DNA of 64,000 nt, taken from assembly GCA_963718945.1 (NCBI GenBank), contig CAVRAJ010000005.1, forward strand, positions 34,037 to 98,036, written 5' to 3'. Position 1 is the stretch's first letter. The number at the start of each line of letters is the position of its first letter. The translations under genes were made by a program, and so were the position numbers. This stretch comes from an uncultured Acidobacteriota bacterium (GTDB lineage Bacteria; Acidobacteriota; Terriglobia; Acidiferrales; UBA7541). The notes under the pieces were generated by a model, which saw nothing but the letters and a program-made list of their open reading frames with translations, ran no database searches and was not told where the DNA came from. This document shows positions 17,913 to 26,552 of this stretch, one piece after another.

Positions 17913-20078
17913 ATGATGTTTGAGAGAAAAGTTGTCCCCATGCCAGAACGCTTTCATCTCGTCCTGCTGATTCATGCCCACCAGCCATGCGGCAATTTCG
18001 GCCATGTGCTCGAAAAGGCTTACAAGGACTCCTATTTGCCTTTCGTCGAACTCCTCGAAAAGCATCCCGGCGTCCACATGGGCCTGCATTATTCGGGCCC
18101 GCTGCTCATGTGGATTGAAGAGAATCGCCCCGAGTATTTCACCCGTTTGAAAGCCCTGGTTAGTGCCGGACAAGTCGAGCTCATAGGCGGCGGTTTTTAT
18201 GAACCGATTCTTGTCTCTATTCCGCCACAAGACCAGCGAGAACAGATCACCCGGCTCGCTGCCTATCTCGAAACGCATTTCGGCCATCGACCGACAGGCG
18301 CCTGGATCGCTGAGCGCGTTTGGGAGCCGCAACTTCCCTCCGTTCTATCCGCCGCCGGCGTCCGTTACACGCTCGTTGACGACATCCATTTTCTCTCCGC
18401 CGGCTTTGAACCCGAGGAACTCTTTGGCGCTTACATCGCCGAGGACCGCGGCCAAAGCGTCTGGGTGTTTCCCGGCCAAAAGGCGCTGCGCTATTTCATC
18501 CCCTTCGGCAAAGTCGAGGAGGTCATCGCTTACTTGCGTGACACTGCGGCTTTGCATTCGGGCGGCGTGGCAGCCATGGGCGATGATATGGAGAAATTCG
18601 GTGTTTGGCCGGGCACCAACGTCCATTGTTACAGTGACGGCTGGCTTGAAAAGTTCTTTGCCGCTCTCGAGGAAAATTCTTCCTGGCTGCGTGTTTCGAC
18701 CCCTGGTGAATACCTGGCCGATCATTCGCCCCTGGGCCGAGCCGATCTCCCCACAGCCTCCTACACCGAAATGATGGAGTGGGTTCTGCCCACGCGAGTC
18801 CGTCAGCGCTACCATGCCGTCCAAACGGAGTTCAGCGCTCGTCCAGAGATACTTTCTTTTCTTCGCGGCGGCTCCTGGCGCGGGTTTTTCCGCAAGTATC
18901 CCGAATCGAATTTGCTCAACAAGAAAATGTTGCGCGTCTCCGCGCGCGTCGCGGCAGTCCCCGTCCGCCACAATAATACGGCGGTTTGCGTCGAACTTGC
19001 ACAGGCGCGCGACCTGCTCTTGCGCGCTCAATGCAATGACGCTTACTGGCACGGCATCTTCGGCGGCCTCTACGCTCCGCATCTCCGCACCGATCTTTGG
19101 CGCAATTTAATTCGTGCTGAACTCATTGCCGATCGGCAAACCGCTGGCGCGCTCATACCGCGAGTCGAATTGCTGGACTACGATGCGGACGGCGCTCATG
19201 AGCACCTCTTCACTTCCCCCGAATATCAAGCGCTGCTCAAACCTACAGACGGCGGAACCCTCGCCGCGTTCGATTTCCGTCCTGCAGCCGCGACACTCAT
19301 CAATTCCATTCAGCGCAGGCCGGAGGCTTACCACGCGCGCTTGCGCGACGCCGCAAAAACCGCGGTCTCCGGCAGCGTTGCTTCCATTCACGAACAGACT
19401 CTCGTCAAAGAGCCCGGTCTCGAACGTTTTCTTCGCTACGACCGTTGGCCCCGCCACGCGTTTCGCGTATTGCTTTTCGACCCCGCCCGCACACATGCCC
19501 AATATGAAACGCTGGAACTGCAGGAAGATCCCGGATTCGCCGCCGGGGATTTTCACGTCAAGTCCTCTTCCGCCAATGATGTTCAACTGATTCGTGAAGA
19601 TGAACTGAAGTTCGCTGCGCAGGGCTCCGCCGCTGCGCCAGTGCTTTCGCTGGCAAAACGCTTCATCTTCGGCCCCGCCCCGCAGGGCTGCGAAGTCGAC
19701 TGCGAAATCGGTTTGAAACTCAAGCAACCTCTTTCAAGACCCATCGCCGTCGGCATCGAATCCGTCATCAATCTGCTTGCCCCCGCCGAGCCCGACCGTT
19801 TTTTCGAAGCTCCCAAGGGCCGGCAAAATCTTCGCTTCAGCGGCGTGCTGCCCGGTCCGTTGCTGCGCATGGAAGACGGCTGGCAACGCGTCCGCGTTGC
19901 GCTTCACGCACCAGGCGCAAAGGAATTTTGGATTGCACCGATCGAAACGGTTTCCGAATCCGAGGAAGGCTTCGAGCGCGTCTACCAAGGCTCTCAGATT
20001 CTCGCCGTATGGCATCCACCGCTGGTGGCGCAAGAACCGTGGTTCGCCCGTCTCGTCTGGCGCATCGAATCGTTCTAA
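17913..20078 (+). CDS. Glycoside hydrolase family 57 alpha-glucan enzyme (amylase/4-alpha-glucanotransferase-like, with a DUF1926-type C-terminal region)
   Basis: FHLVLLIHAHQPCGNF, WIAERVWEP and GDDMEKFGVWPG are GH57 signatures. The true start may be ATG 17940 (MPERF...). Confidence 0.85.
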   Translation: MMFERKVVPMPERFHLVLLIHAHQPCGNFGHVLEKAYKDSYLPFVELLEKHPGVHMGLHYSGPLLMWIEENRPEYFTRLKALVSAGQVELIGGGFYEPILVSIPPQDQREQITRLAAYLETHFGHRPTGAWIAERVWEPQLPSVLSAAGVRYTLVDDIHFLSAGFEPEELFGAYIAEDRGQSVWVFPGQKALRYFIPFGKVEEVIAYLRDTAALHSGGVAAMGDDMEKFGVWPGTNVHCYSDGWLEKFFAALEENSSWLRVSTPGEYLADHSPLGRADLPTASYTEMMEWVLPTRVRQRYHAVQTEFSARPEILSFLRGGSWRGFFRKYPESNLLNKKMLRVSARVAAVPVRHNNTAVCVELAQARDLLLRAQCNDAYWHGIFGGLYAPHLRTDLWRNLIRAELIADRQTAGALIPRVELLDYDADGAHEHLFTSPEYQALLKPTDGGTLAAFDFRPAAATLINSIQRRPEAYHARLRDAAKTAVSGSVASIHEQTLVKEPGLERFLRYDRWPRHAFRVLLFDPARTHAQYETLELQEDPGFAAGDFHVKSSSANDVQLIREDELKFAAQGSAAAPVLSLAKRFIFGPAPQGCEVDCEIGLKLKQPLSRPIAVGIESVINLLAPAEPDRFFEAPKGRQNLRFSGVLPGPLLRMEDGWQRVRVALHAPGAKEFWIAPIETVSESEEGFERVYQGSQILAVWHPPLVAQEPWFARLVWRIESF

Positions 20079-20150
20079 GAGTGCGTTCCGTCGCGCCGAA
20101 AGCGTACCGCGCTTGCTTCTGGATTTTTCCGAGGAAGGGAATAGCCGCTG

Positions 20151-21119
20151 TTACCTCGCGATCAGCAGATTCTGTGCGAACGGCCACTCTTCATCGACCC
20201 ACTGCCCTTCGCATCGGAACCCAGTCCGCTTCCCCATTTCCGCCGCTTCTCCGATGCGGTATTTGTGGGAGCTTTCCGTCCAGATCGTTTCATCCTCATC
20301 CAGTGAGACGCGAAGCCCCGCCGCCGGGATTTCCACCCGTTGCCGGCAAGTGGAACGCAGGTGCATCTCAACGCGCCGTTCGATCGAGTTCCAGCGCGCT
20401 TCGTGTCGGAAACTCCCCAAATCGAAGTCCGCGCGCAATTCCCGGTTGATTCGCGCCAGCAGGTTCATATTGAACGCCGCCGTCACTCCGGCCGGATCGT
20501 CATAAGCCAGCATTTGAACATCGACGCTCTTTTCCAGGTCCGTGCCCAATAGCAACGCATCGCCCTCTCGCAATGTGTTGCGCACACTTCGCAGGAACTC
20601 CTCTCCTGCGTCGCGATCGAAATTTCCGATCGTGCTTCCCAGAAACAGCACCAGCAAATGATCGCCGTCGCCGCGCCCATAGGCCACCGTCCGCAAGCCT
20701 TCCAGATACGGCTGTTCATGGCCAACGATGCTCACCAGATCAATCTGGCCCAGCTCCTTCTCGCACGCAGCCAGCGCGGAGGGCGAAATCTCGATGGGGA
20801 AGTAATACGTTTTCTGCCGCTGCGACAACGCTTCCAGAATCCAGCGCGTCTTTTTTCCGCTTCCGCTCCCGAGTTCCGCAACGTGCACCGGCGATGGCAG
20901 CAGCCCGACGATCTCGCGTGCGTGCTTCTCCAACAGCCGCGCATCCGCGCGCGTCAGACCGTATTCCGGCAGCACGCAAATTGCCTCAAACAGTGCCGAA
21001 CCCACTTCGTCATACAAATACTTTGACGGCAGTTCTCGCTGTCCGCTTTTCGTCAAGCCTTCGCGTACGTCGGCCGCGAACTCGGACACATGTCTCGGGG
21101 GAAGGGTTTGCGTCAGCAT
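20151..21119 (-). CDS. egtD: L-histidine N-alpha-methyltransferase (hercynine synthase) EgtD
   Basis: LPSKYLYDEVGSALFEAICVLPEY, ELGSGSGKKT, FLGSTIGNF and YDDPAGVTAAFNMNLLARINREL closely follow mycobacterial EgtD. Confidence 0.88.
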   Translation of the reverse strand: MLTQTLPPRHVSEFAADVREGLTKSGQRELPSKYLYDEVGSALFEAICVLPEYGLTRADARLLEKHAREIVGLLPSPVHVAELGSGSGKKTRWILEALSQRQKTYYFPIEISPSALAACEKELGQIDLVSIVGHEQPYLEGLRTVAYGRGDGDHLLVLFLGSTIGNFDRDAGEEFLRSVRNTLREGDALLLGTDLEKSVDVQMLAYDDPAGVTAAFNMNLLARINRELRADFDLGSFRHEARWNSIERRVEMHLRSTCRQRVEIPAAGLRVSLDEDETIWTESSHKYRIGEAAEMGKRTGFRCEGQWVDEEWPFAQNLLIAR

Positions 21120-21153
21120 TTCGTCTCCCAGGGCCGGGTTTGTCTTGCGAGTG

Positions 21154-22485
21154 CTAGTCTTCCACGCAACGGAACGTTGCGTAGACGTACGGGTAGTGCG
21201 GCTGAAACCAGTTCCGGAAGGATCGCCGCAGCATGCACGCAGCCGTTCGCGGTGACCCTCCCTTCATCACATAGTGTTTGCCATCGAAGAAATTCGCGGA
21301 ATAGCCGGGGTAGAAGGGCATCGGCACAAATCCCGGGAACGGCGCGAACCTCGTTCGCGTCCATTCCCAGCCATTGCCAAGCAAATCGTGAATTCCGAAC
21401 GCGCTCGCGCCTTCCGGAAATGCGCCCACAGGCGAAGGATCCCACTGTCGAAAATCAAAATTGCCGTGGCGCGTCCCGGGCGGCTCTTCTCCCCACGGAT
21501 AGCTTCGCTCGCCTTGGCCTTCCCGCGTTCCATACGCCGCCCGGTGAAATTGTTCCTCGCTCGGTAGTGCCCGCCCAAGCCACTTGGCATACGCCGTGGC
21601 TTCCGCGTGGCTCACATAAACCGGCCAATCCAGCGGCAACTGGGTCTCTCCAAACATCGCCCGGTACATCCACAGGTTTCCGTCCCTCTTCCAGAACGCC
21701 GGATGCTGCACGCTTTCTCTTTTCTTCCACTCCCACGCCTCTGCACTCCAAAGCGCGCGGTTCTCATACCCGCCAGCTTGTACAAATCGCAAAAAATCCT
21801 GGTTCGTTACGTTTCCGCTCTCGATCGCAAATCTTTCGACCTCCACTTCATGCGCATCCAGTTCGTTGTCCCAGGCAAACTCATCACCGCTCATGTATTT
21901 CAACCCCAGCGTTGCCCGTCCCGCAGGTATCTCTACCAAGCGAGATTTCAGCTTAGGTGCGCCGAAGGTTTGTACCACCGGCCCGCGAATCTTTCTTCCG
22001 GCCGGAAGCCGGTGCAGCATGTACGCCAGTGTCTCCGCGTGCATCAACCGGTGTTCGATGGCCACTTCCAGCATGGCAATCAGGTGCGGATGCCCTTCTT
22101 CAGGCCGCGCCAAAGCATGTTCGATGGCCGTGTCCAACTCATTTCTCAGCCGCTGGTTATACCTTTCCACTTCTTCACGCGCTGGCCAATCATTCGGCCC
22201 GTCGTTCGGCAATCCCCCGCCCACGGGGTCGATTCCAAACGCAAAAAGTTCGTCGAATGATCGCTGCACCGCTTGCAATCCAAACGCGCGCTGTGCGAGC
22301 AGGTTCCAATCGAATGCTTCCACGTGTCCCAGGTAAAAAATCAGCCGGTGTCGCTCTGGAATGGGCCTGTCGTAAATGGCCTCATCTCGCAGGATTCGAA
22401 ACAATTCATCAGTCTGTACGCGGGCGTTTAATAGGCGGGTATGAAGGTCGTGCCGGATGCGGACAGCAGTAGCGGTAGCTCCCAT
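21154..22485 (-). CDS. egtB: Ergothioneine-biosynthesis sulfoxide synthase EgtB (DinB_2 + FGE-sulfatase domains)
   Basis: N-terminal DinB-like helix bundle (IFYLGHVEAFD, IEHRLMHAETL) and C-terminal FGE-like domain (LGNGWEWT, RGGS...). It lies immediately upstream of egtD. Confidence 0.88.
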   Translation of the reverse strand: MGATATAVRIRHDLHTRLLNARVQTDELFRILRDEAIYDRPIPERHRLIFYLGHVEAFDWNLLAQRAFGLQAVQRSFDELFAFGIDPVGGGLPNDGPNDWPAREEVERYNQRLRNELDTAIEHALARPEEGHPHLIAMLEVAIEHRLMHAETLAYMLHRLPAGRKIRGPVVQTFGAPKLKSRLVEIPAGRATLGLKYMSGDEFAWDNELDAHEVEVERFAIESGNVTNQDFLRFVQAGGYENRALWSAEAWEWKKRESVQHPAFWKRDGNLWMYRAMFGETQLPLDWPVYVSHAEATAYAKWLGRALPSEEQFHRAAYGTREGQGERSYPWGEEPPGTRHGNFDFRQWDPSPVGAFPEGASAFGIHDLLGNGWEWTRTRFAPFPGFVPMPFYPGYSANFFDGKHYVMKGGSPRTAACMLRRSFRNWFQPHYPYVYATFRCVED

Positions 22486-22602
22486 AGCGTCATCCCCTTT
22501 ACTTGGATGCGGCTTCCTCGAGAAGGATGCGCCAAAATGCGGCGCCGGTGGAGGCTGAGTAGGGTACGATATTCCCCCCGTGATGTGAGGCTGTCAATCG
22601 AA

Positions 22603-23385
22603 ATGAATTCGAAAACCGCCGCTTCTTCGGATGTCACCATCGAATTTCGGGGCGTCGGCTATCACATAAACGATATTCCTGGCCGGCCCATCGTTTCTAA
22701 TCTTTCTTTAACCGTTTTGCGCGGCGAAACACTCGTCCTGCTCGGCCGTAGCGGCAGCGGTAAAACCACTCTTCTGAAGCTCATCAATCGCATGCTCGTT
22801 CCCTCACAAGGTCAAGTTCTTGTCGAAGGCCGCGCCACCACCGGCAGCGACCCCATCCGTTTGCGCCGCGGCATCGGCTATGTCATTCAGGACGCTGGTC
22901 TCTTTCCGCATTTCACCATCGCCGAAAACGTTGGCCTCGTCCCGGGACTTGAAAAGTGGGATTCTGGCCGCATTGCTTCTCGCGTCGAAGAACTATTGCG
23001 CCTGGTAGGTCTCGATCCCGCGGAATTTTCCGCCCGCCGTCCCCGCGAACTCTCTGGGGGCCAGCGCCAACGCGTCGGTGTTGCGCGCGCGCTCGCCGCC
23101 GATCCGCCCATCCTTCTCATGGACGAGCCTTTCGGCGCGCTCGATCCCGTCACTCGCGCTGAACTTCAGCGCGAATTCAGCGCGCTCGCTCTCCGCCTCC
23201 ACAAAACCATCGTTTTTGTCACCCATGACATTCGCGAAGCGCTCCTTCTCGCTTCACGTATCGCTCTTCTCGAGGCAGGACGCCTCGTCGCTCTCGCCGC
23301 CCCTCAAGATTTTCTCCGCCTCGATCATCCCGAAGTCCACGCCTTCGCGGCATCTCTGGCTGTCTCCAATGGTGTCTCACCATGA
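22603..23385 (+). CDS. Quaternary-amine (OpuC/ProU-type) ABC transporter ATP-binding protein, no CBS domains
   Basis: Walker A GRSGSGKTT, LSGGQRQRVGVARAL, LLMDEPFGALD, VTHD. The start is set at ATG 22603 (MNSKTAASS...). The tracked start at 22441 overlaps egtB. Confidence 0.85.
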   Translation: MNSKTAASSDVTIEFRGVGYHINDIPGRPIVSNLSLTVLRGETLVLLGRSGSGKTTLLKLINRMLVPSQGQVLVEGRATTGSDPIRLRRGIGYVIQDAGLFPHFTIAENVGLVPGLEKWDSGRIASRVEELLRLVGLDPAEFSARRPRELSGGQRQRVGVARALAADPPILLMDEPFGALDPVTRAELQREFSALALRLHKTIVFVTHDIREALLLASRIALLEAGRLVALAAPQDFLRLDHPEVHAFAASLAVSNGVSP

Positions 23386-24014
23386 CGCCCTGGACATTTT
23401 TCCTCACTCATCGCGCCGAAATCTTCAGCGCCGCCCTGGACCACGTCACTCTTGTCGCTATCGCCATGGCCTTTGCGATCGCCATTGCCGTTCCGCTTGG
23501 CATGCTTATCGTGCAGCATCGCCATCTCCGCGTCATCGCCCTGGGCATCGCCAGCGTGTTTCAAACCATCCCCAGCCTCGCCCTCTTCGGCTTCCTAATT
23601 CCCATCCCTTTCATCGGCGGAATCGGCCGCCGCACCGCCATCGTCGCTCTTGTCCTCTACGCTCTGCTTCCCATTCTCCGTAACACTTATGTCGGCCTTT
23701 CCGGCATTGACCCCGCCATCCTCGAAGCCGCCGAAGCCATGGGCATGACCAGCACGCAAATTCTCCTCCGCGTCCGCTTCCCGCTCGCGCTGAGCTTCAT
23801 CCTCGCAGGTATTCGCACCGCCACTGTCATCACCATCGGCGTTGCAACCATTGCCGCCGCCATCGGTGCAGGCGGCCTCGGCACTTTCATCTTCCGAGGA
23901 GTCGCCATGGTTAGCGACGCCGTAATACTCGCCGGCGCCATCCCCGCCGCCCTCCTGGCCATCTTCGCCGACCTCCTCCTCGCCCTCCTCGAACGCCGCC
24001 TTCGCGTCGTCTAA
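23382..24014 (+). CDS. Quaternary-amine ABC transporter permease (OpuCB/OpuBB-like)
   Basis: 210 aa, about 5-6 TM helices, with an EAA-type loop (ILEAAEAMGMTSTQILLRVRFPLAL). There is a 4-nt overlap with the ATPase gene. Confidence 0.85.
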   Translation: MTPWTFFLTHRAEIFSAALDHVTLVAIAMAFAIAIAVPLGMLIVQHRHLRVIALGIASVFQTIPSLALFGFLIPIPFIGGIGRRTAIVALVLYALLPILRNTYVGLSGIDPAILEAAEAMGMTSTQILLRVRFPLALSFILAGIRTATVITIGVATIAAAIGAGGLGTFIFRGVAMVSDAVILAGAIPAALLAIFADLLLALLERRLRVV

Positions 24015-24043
24015 CATAATAAAATCGCCCGTAATTCCTCCTT

Positions 24044-24068
24044 GTAGGGGCACGATACATCGTGCCCC
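24044..24068. repeat. REP-like palindrome, family 1, copy 2
   Basis: GTAGGGGCACGATACATCGTGCCCC sits between the permease and binding-protein genes. Confidence 0.85.
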
Positions 24069-24070
24069 CC

Positions 24071-24184
24071 TGTCCGCACGGCACATCGTGCCTCCGTGTC
24101 TCCACGGTACGTCGTGCCTCCGTGTCTCCACGGTACATCGTGCCTCCGTGTCTCCACGGTACATCGTGCCTCCATGTCCGCACG
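24071..24184. repeat. 26-bp tandem repeat, about 4.4 copies (TGTCTCCACGGTACATCGTGCCTCCG)
   Basis: Units start at 24071, 24097, 24123 and 24149, with a partial unit at 24175. Each unit contains the right half of the family-1 palindrome (ACATCGTGCC). Confidence 0.9.
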
Positions 24185-24294
24185 ATTGCTGCGCTCTCCT
24201 CTCCGCTCGTTTTTTCTTTCCTCCTCTTGCTCTTCTCTGTGTTCTCCGTGCCCTCTGTGTTAAATTCCCCATTCAACCGGATCGCCAACTCGAC

Positions 24295-25221
24295 ATGCGC
24301 CGCTCCATCCTCCGCTTCCTTTGCTTCATTTGCTTGGTCAACTTCCTTTACTTCAGCTCTGCCTGCAGCAAGCCCTCGCCGCCTCACCTAACCATCGGCT
24401 CCAAGTTTTTCACCGAGCAAGTCATCCTCGGCGAACTCCTCGCCCAACACATCGAAGCCCGCACCGGCATTCCCGTCAACCGCAAGTCCAATCTCGGCGG
24501 CACTCTCCTCGTCCACAAAGCACTTCTCGCCGGAGACATCGATCTATATGTTGAATACACCGGCACCGCTCTCACCGCCGTCCTCAATGAATCCCCTGGC
24601 GTTGACCGCTCCGCCGTCACACAGAGCGACGACAATTCCGCCGCCATCTACAATCGCGTCAAGCAGCAATATGCCCAGCGCTTCAATCTCGTTCTCACCG
24701 AGCCTCTCGGCTTTGAAAACACCTTCGCCATGGTCATTCGTGGCGACGATGCGCAAAAACTCCATCTCCGCTCGATGTCCGATCTCGCCCCCATAGCTCC
24801 CCAATGGCGCGTCGGCGTCGGCTACGAATTCCTCGAGCGCCCCGACGGCTTCCCCGGCTGGAGCGAACGCTACGCGCTCCGCTTCGCCGCCCCGCCCAAT
24901 GTCATGGACCTCGGCCTCCTCTATCGCGCTCTCGTCGATCATCAAGTCGATATCGTCGCCGGCAATTCCACCGATGGCCTCATCGACTCTCTTCATCTCT
25001 TCGCTCTCGATGACAATCTCCACTATTTCCCGCCCTACGACGCCGTCCCCATCGTTCGCCGTGCCGCCCTGGAAAAATTTCCGCAGCTTCGCGCAGCCCT
25101 CGCCGACCTCGGCGGAAAAATCACCGCCTCCGAAATGCGCCGCCTCAACGCCGAAGTCGACGCCGATCAGCGCGATGTCGCCGCCGTTGTCCGCGCCTTC
25201 CGCGCATCAAAAAATTTGTAG
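24295..25221 (+). CDS. Glycine-betaine/quaternary-amine ABC transporter substrate-binding lipoprotein (OpuBC/OpuCC-like)
   Basis: The start is set at ATG 24295 (MRRSILRFLCFICLVNFLYFSSAC, lipobox-like). TIGSKFFTEQVILGELLAQHIE...LYVEYTGTAL... is typical of OpuAC-family binding proteins. Confidence 0.85.
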   Translation: MRRSILRFLCFICLVNFLYFSSACSKPSPPHLTIGSKFFTEQVILGELLAQHIEARTGIPVNRKSNLGGTLLVHKALLAGDIDLYVEYTGTALTAVLNESPGVDRSAVTQSDDNSAAIYNRVKQQYAQRFNLVLTEPLGFENTFAMVIRGDDAQKLHLRSMSDLAPIAPQWRVGVGYEFLERPDGFPGWSERYALRFAAPPNVMDLGLLYRALVDHQVDIVAGNSTDGLIDSLHLFALDDNLHYFPPYDAVPIVRRAALEKFPQLRAALADLGGKITASEMRRLNAEVDADQRDVAAVVRAFRASKNL

Positions 25222-25412
25222 ACCGAAACCAAACGCCCATCTGCAAGCATCTAACCAGTGGTGCCAGATCACCTCGCGCCAAGTTTCACAAATGCAACTT
25301 TGCGAATGCGCCTGGGTTTTATAAGCTGTAAAGGTCACGGGCTCGGTCGGTAGCAAGCAGCAAATTCCCGGCTTCAGTAATACGGCGGCACAAAAACATT
25401 ACGGAGGCTCGC

Positions 25413-25985
25413 ATGAAATCACTTCTCGCAGTTCTTGCGCTGTTCTTGCTCTGTTCAGTTCCTGCTCTCGCACAAGAAAGAGGCGGGCAGCAGCACCCGG
25501 CTCCAAAGGCCAAAGACGTCGGTCACGGGTACGTGCCTCGTAAAGGCCCTGCTCCTGCCAAGGCTGCTCCTCGCGGCGCTCAACGCGGCGAATCTCACGG
25601 CGCGCCAGCCGAAACTCCAAAGTACTCGGACAAAGCTGGCCATCCCGAAGCTCCTCACGTCCACACTAACGGCAAATGGGTTGGCCACGACACCGGCCGC
25701 GATGATCCCCACTATCACCTCGATCATCCCTGGGAGCATGGCCGTTTCAATGGCGGTTTCGGCCGCGGCCACGTTTGGCACATCGCCGGCGGCGACAGAT
25801 CGCGCTTCTGGTTCGGCGGCTTCTATTTCAGCGTCGCTCCTGCTGACTACGGCTTCTGCGATGATTGGGATTGGGCCAACGACCAGATCTCCATCTTCGA
25901 AGATCCCGATCACGACGGCTGGTACCTCGCCTACAACGTCCGCCTCGGCACCTACTGCCACGTCGAGTACCTCGGCAACAGCTAG
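25413..25985 (+). CDS. Secreted His/aromatic-rich protein of unknown function
   Basis: Signal peptide [22 protein letters not shown], a low-complexity basic linker, then [12 protein letters not shown]...[23 protein letters not shown]...[25 protein letters not shown]. Confidence 0.6.
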   Translation: MKSLLAVLALFLLCSVPALAQERGGQQHPAPKAKDVGHGYVPRKGPAPAKAAPRGAQRGESHGAPAETPKYSDKAGHPEAPHVHTNGKWVGHDTGRDDPHYHLDHPWEHGRFNGGFGRGHVWHIAGGDRSRFWFGGFYFSVAPADYGFCDDWDWANDQISIFEDPDHDGWYLAYNVRLGTYCHVEYLGNS

Positions 25986-26010
25986 CCGCCTCCAACTCTA
26001 AACCTCTCTC

Positions 26011-26036
26011 GTAGGGGCACGATACATCGTGCCCCT
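26011..26036. repeat. REP-like palindrome, family 1, copy 3 (probably also the terminator of the upstream gene)
   Basis: GTAGGGGCACGATACATCGTGCCCCT followed by GCACTTTTTTG. Confidence 0.85.
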
Positions 26037-26188
26037 GCACTTTTTTGTGGCACAGCCGCCCTCCGCCACACCGCATGCACACTTCGCACGCGATGAATCT
26101 TGGCTGTGCTTTTCGCCAGTTCCGTCCAAACTCCCACCGCCCACTCGAAGTTCGCTTCCTCGCAAGACCCCCGGTACAATTGGCGCAC

Positions 26189-26365
26189 ATGTGTTTGACC
26201 ATCACCACAACGCACACACCCGCCACCGACCTCGGCTACTTGCTGCACAGGCGCCACAGCAAGCTCCATTCTGTCTCTCTCCATTGGCAAGGCTCACCTC
26301 TTTTTACCCGGAGGCGTGGGAGCAGCGCTGCACGATGGCCCTCTGCTCGAAGTTGATCCGTCCAA
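26189..26365 (+). pseudogene. hen1: Decayed N-terminal relic of Hen1 (3'-terminal RNA ribose 2'-O-methyltransferase of the Pnkp/Hen1 RNA-repair pair)
   Basis: MCLTITTTHTPATDLGYLLH (frame 2), IGKAHLF (frame 0), FYPEAWEQRCTMAL (frame 1) and LLEVDPS (frame 0) together reproduce the conserved bacterial Hen1 N-terminus (MLLTITTTH.PATDLGYLLHK......F.L.FG.AHVFYPEA..ERCTAALLL.VDP). No further Hen1-like sequence follows. Confidence 0.6.
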
Positions 26366-26552
26366 CGCATTTCTTCGGGCCTAAGGGGCGGGATCAATCC
26401 CGACTTCATGTGGCGAATAAAAGGCGAATATAGTATGCTTTGTGGCGCGAACCCGACACGCGCCGTCGGAAGTTGCGATAGGCACCCCGGAGCAGGATCT
26501 TGCGACCCGAGTGTGGTTTTGCTCTCAAAAGCATCTAGGATAGTGAATTGAC

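Noticed and set aside
24071-24184. Possible CRISPR array
   Set aside because: The 26-bp units are directly adjacent with no spacers, only about 4.4 copies are present, there are no cas genes, and the units derive from the local REP element.
23595-24387. Minus-strand ORFs 23595..24272 and 23911..24387, and the + strand ORFs 24062..24391 and the N-terminus of 24088..25221
   Set aside because: They are translated through the REP palindrome and the 26-bp tandem array (repetitive ...RHDVPWRHGGTMYRGDTEA... peptides). These are repeat artefacts, not genes.
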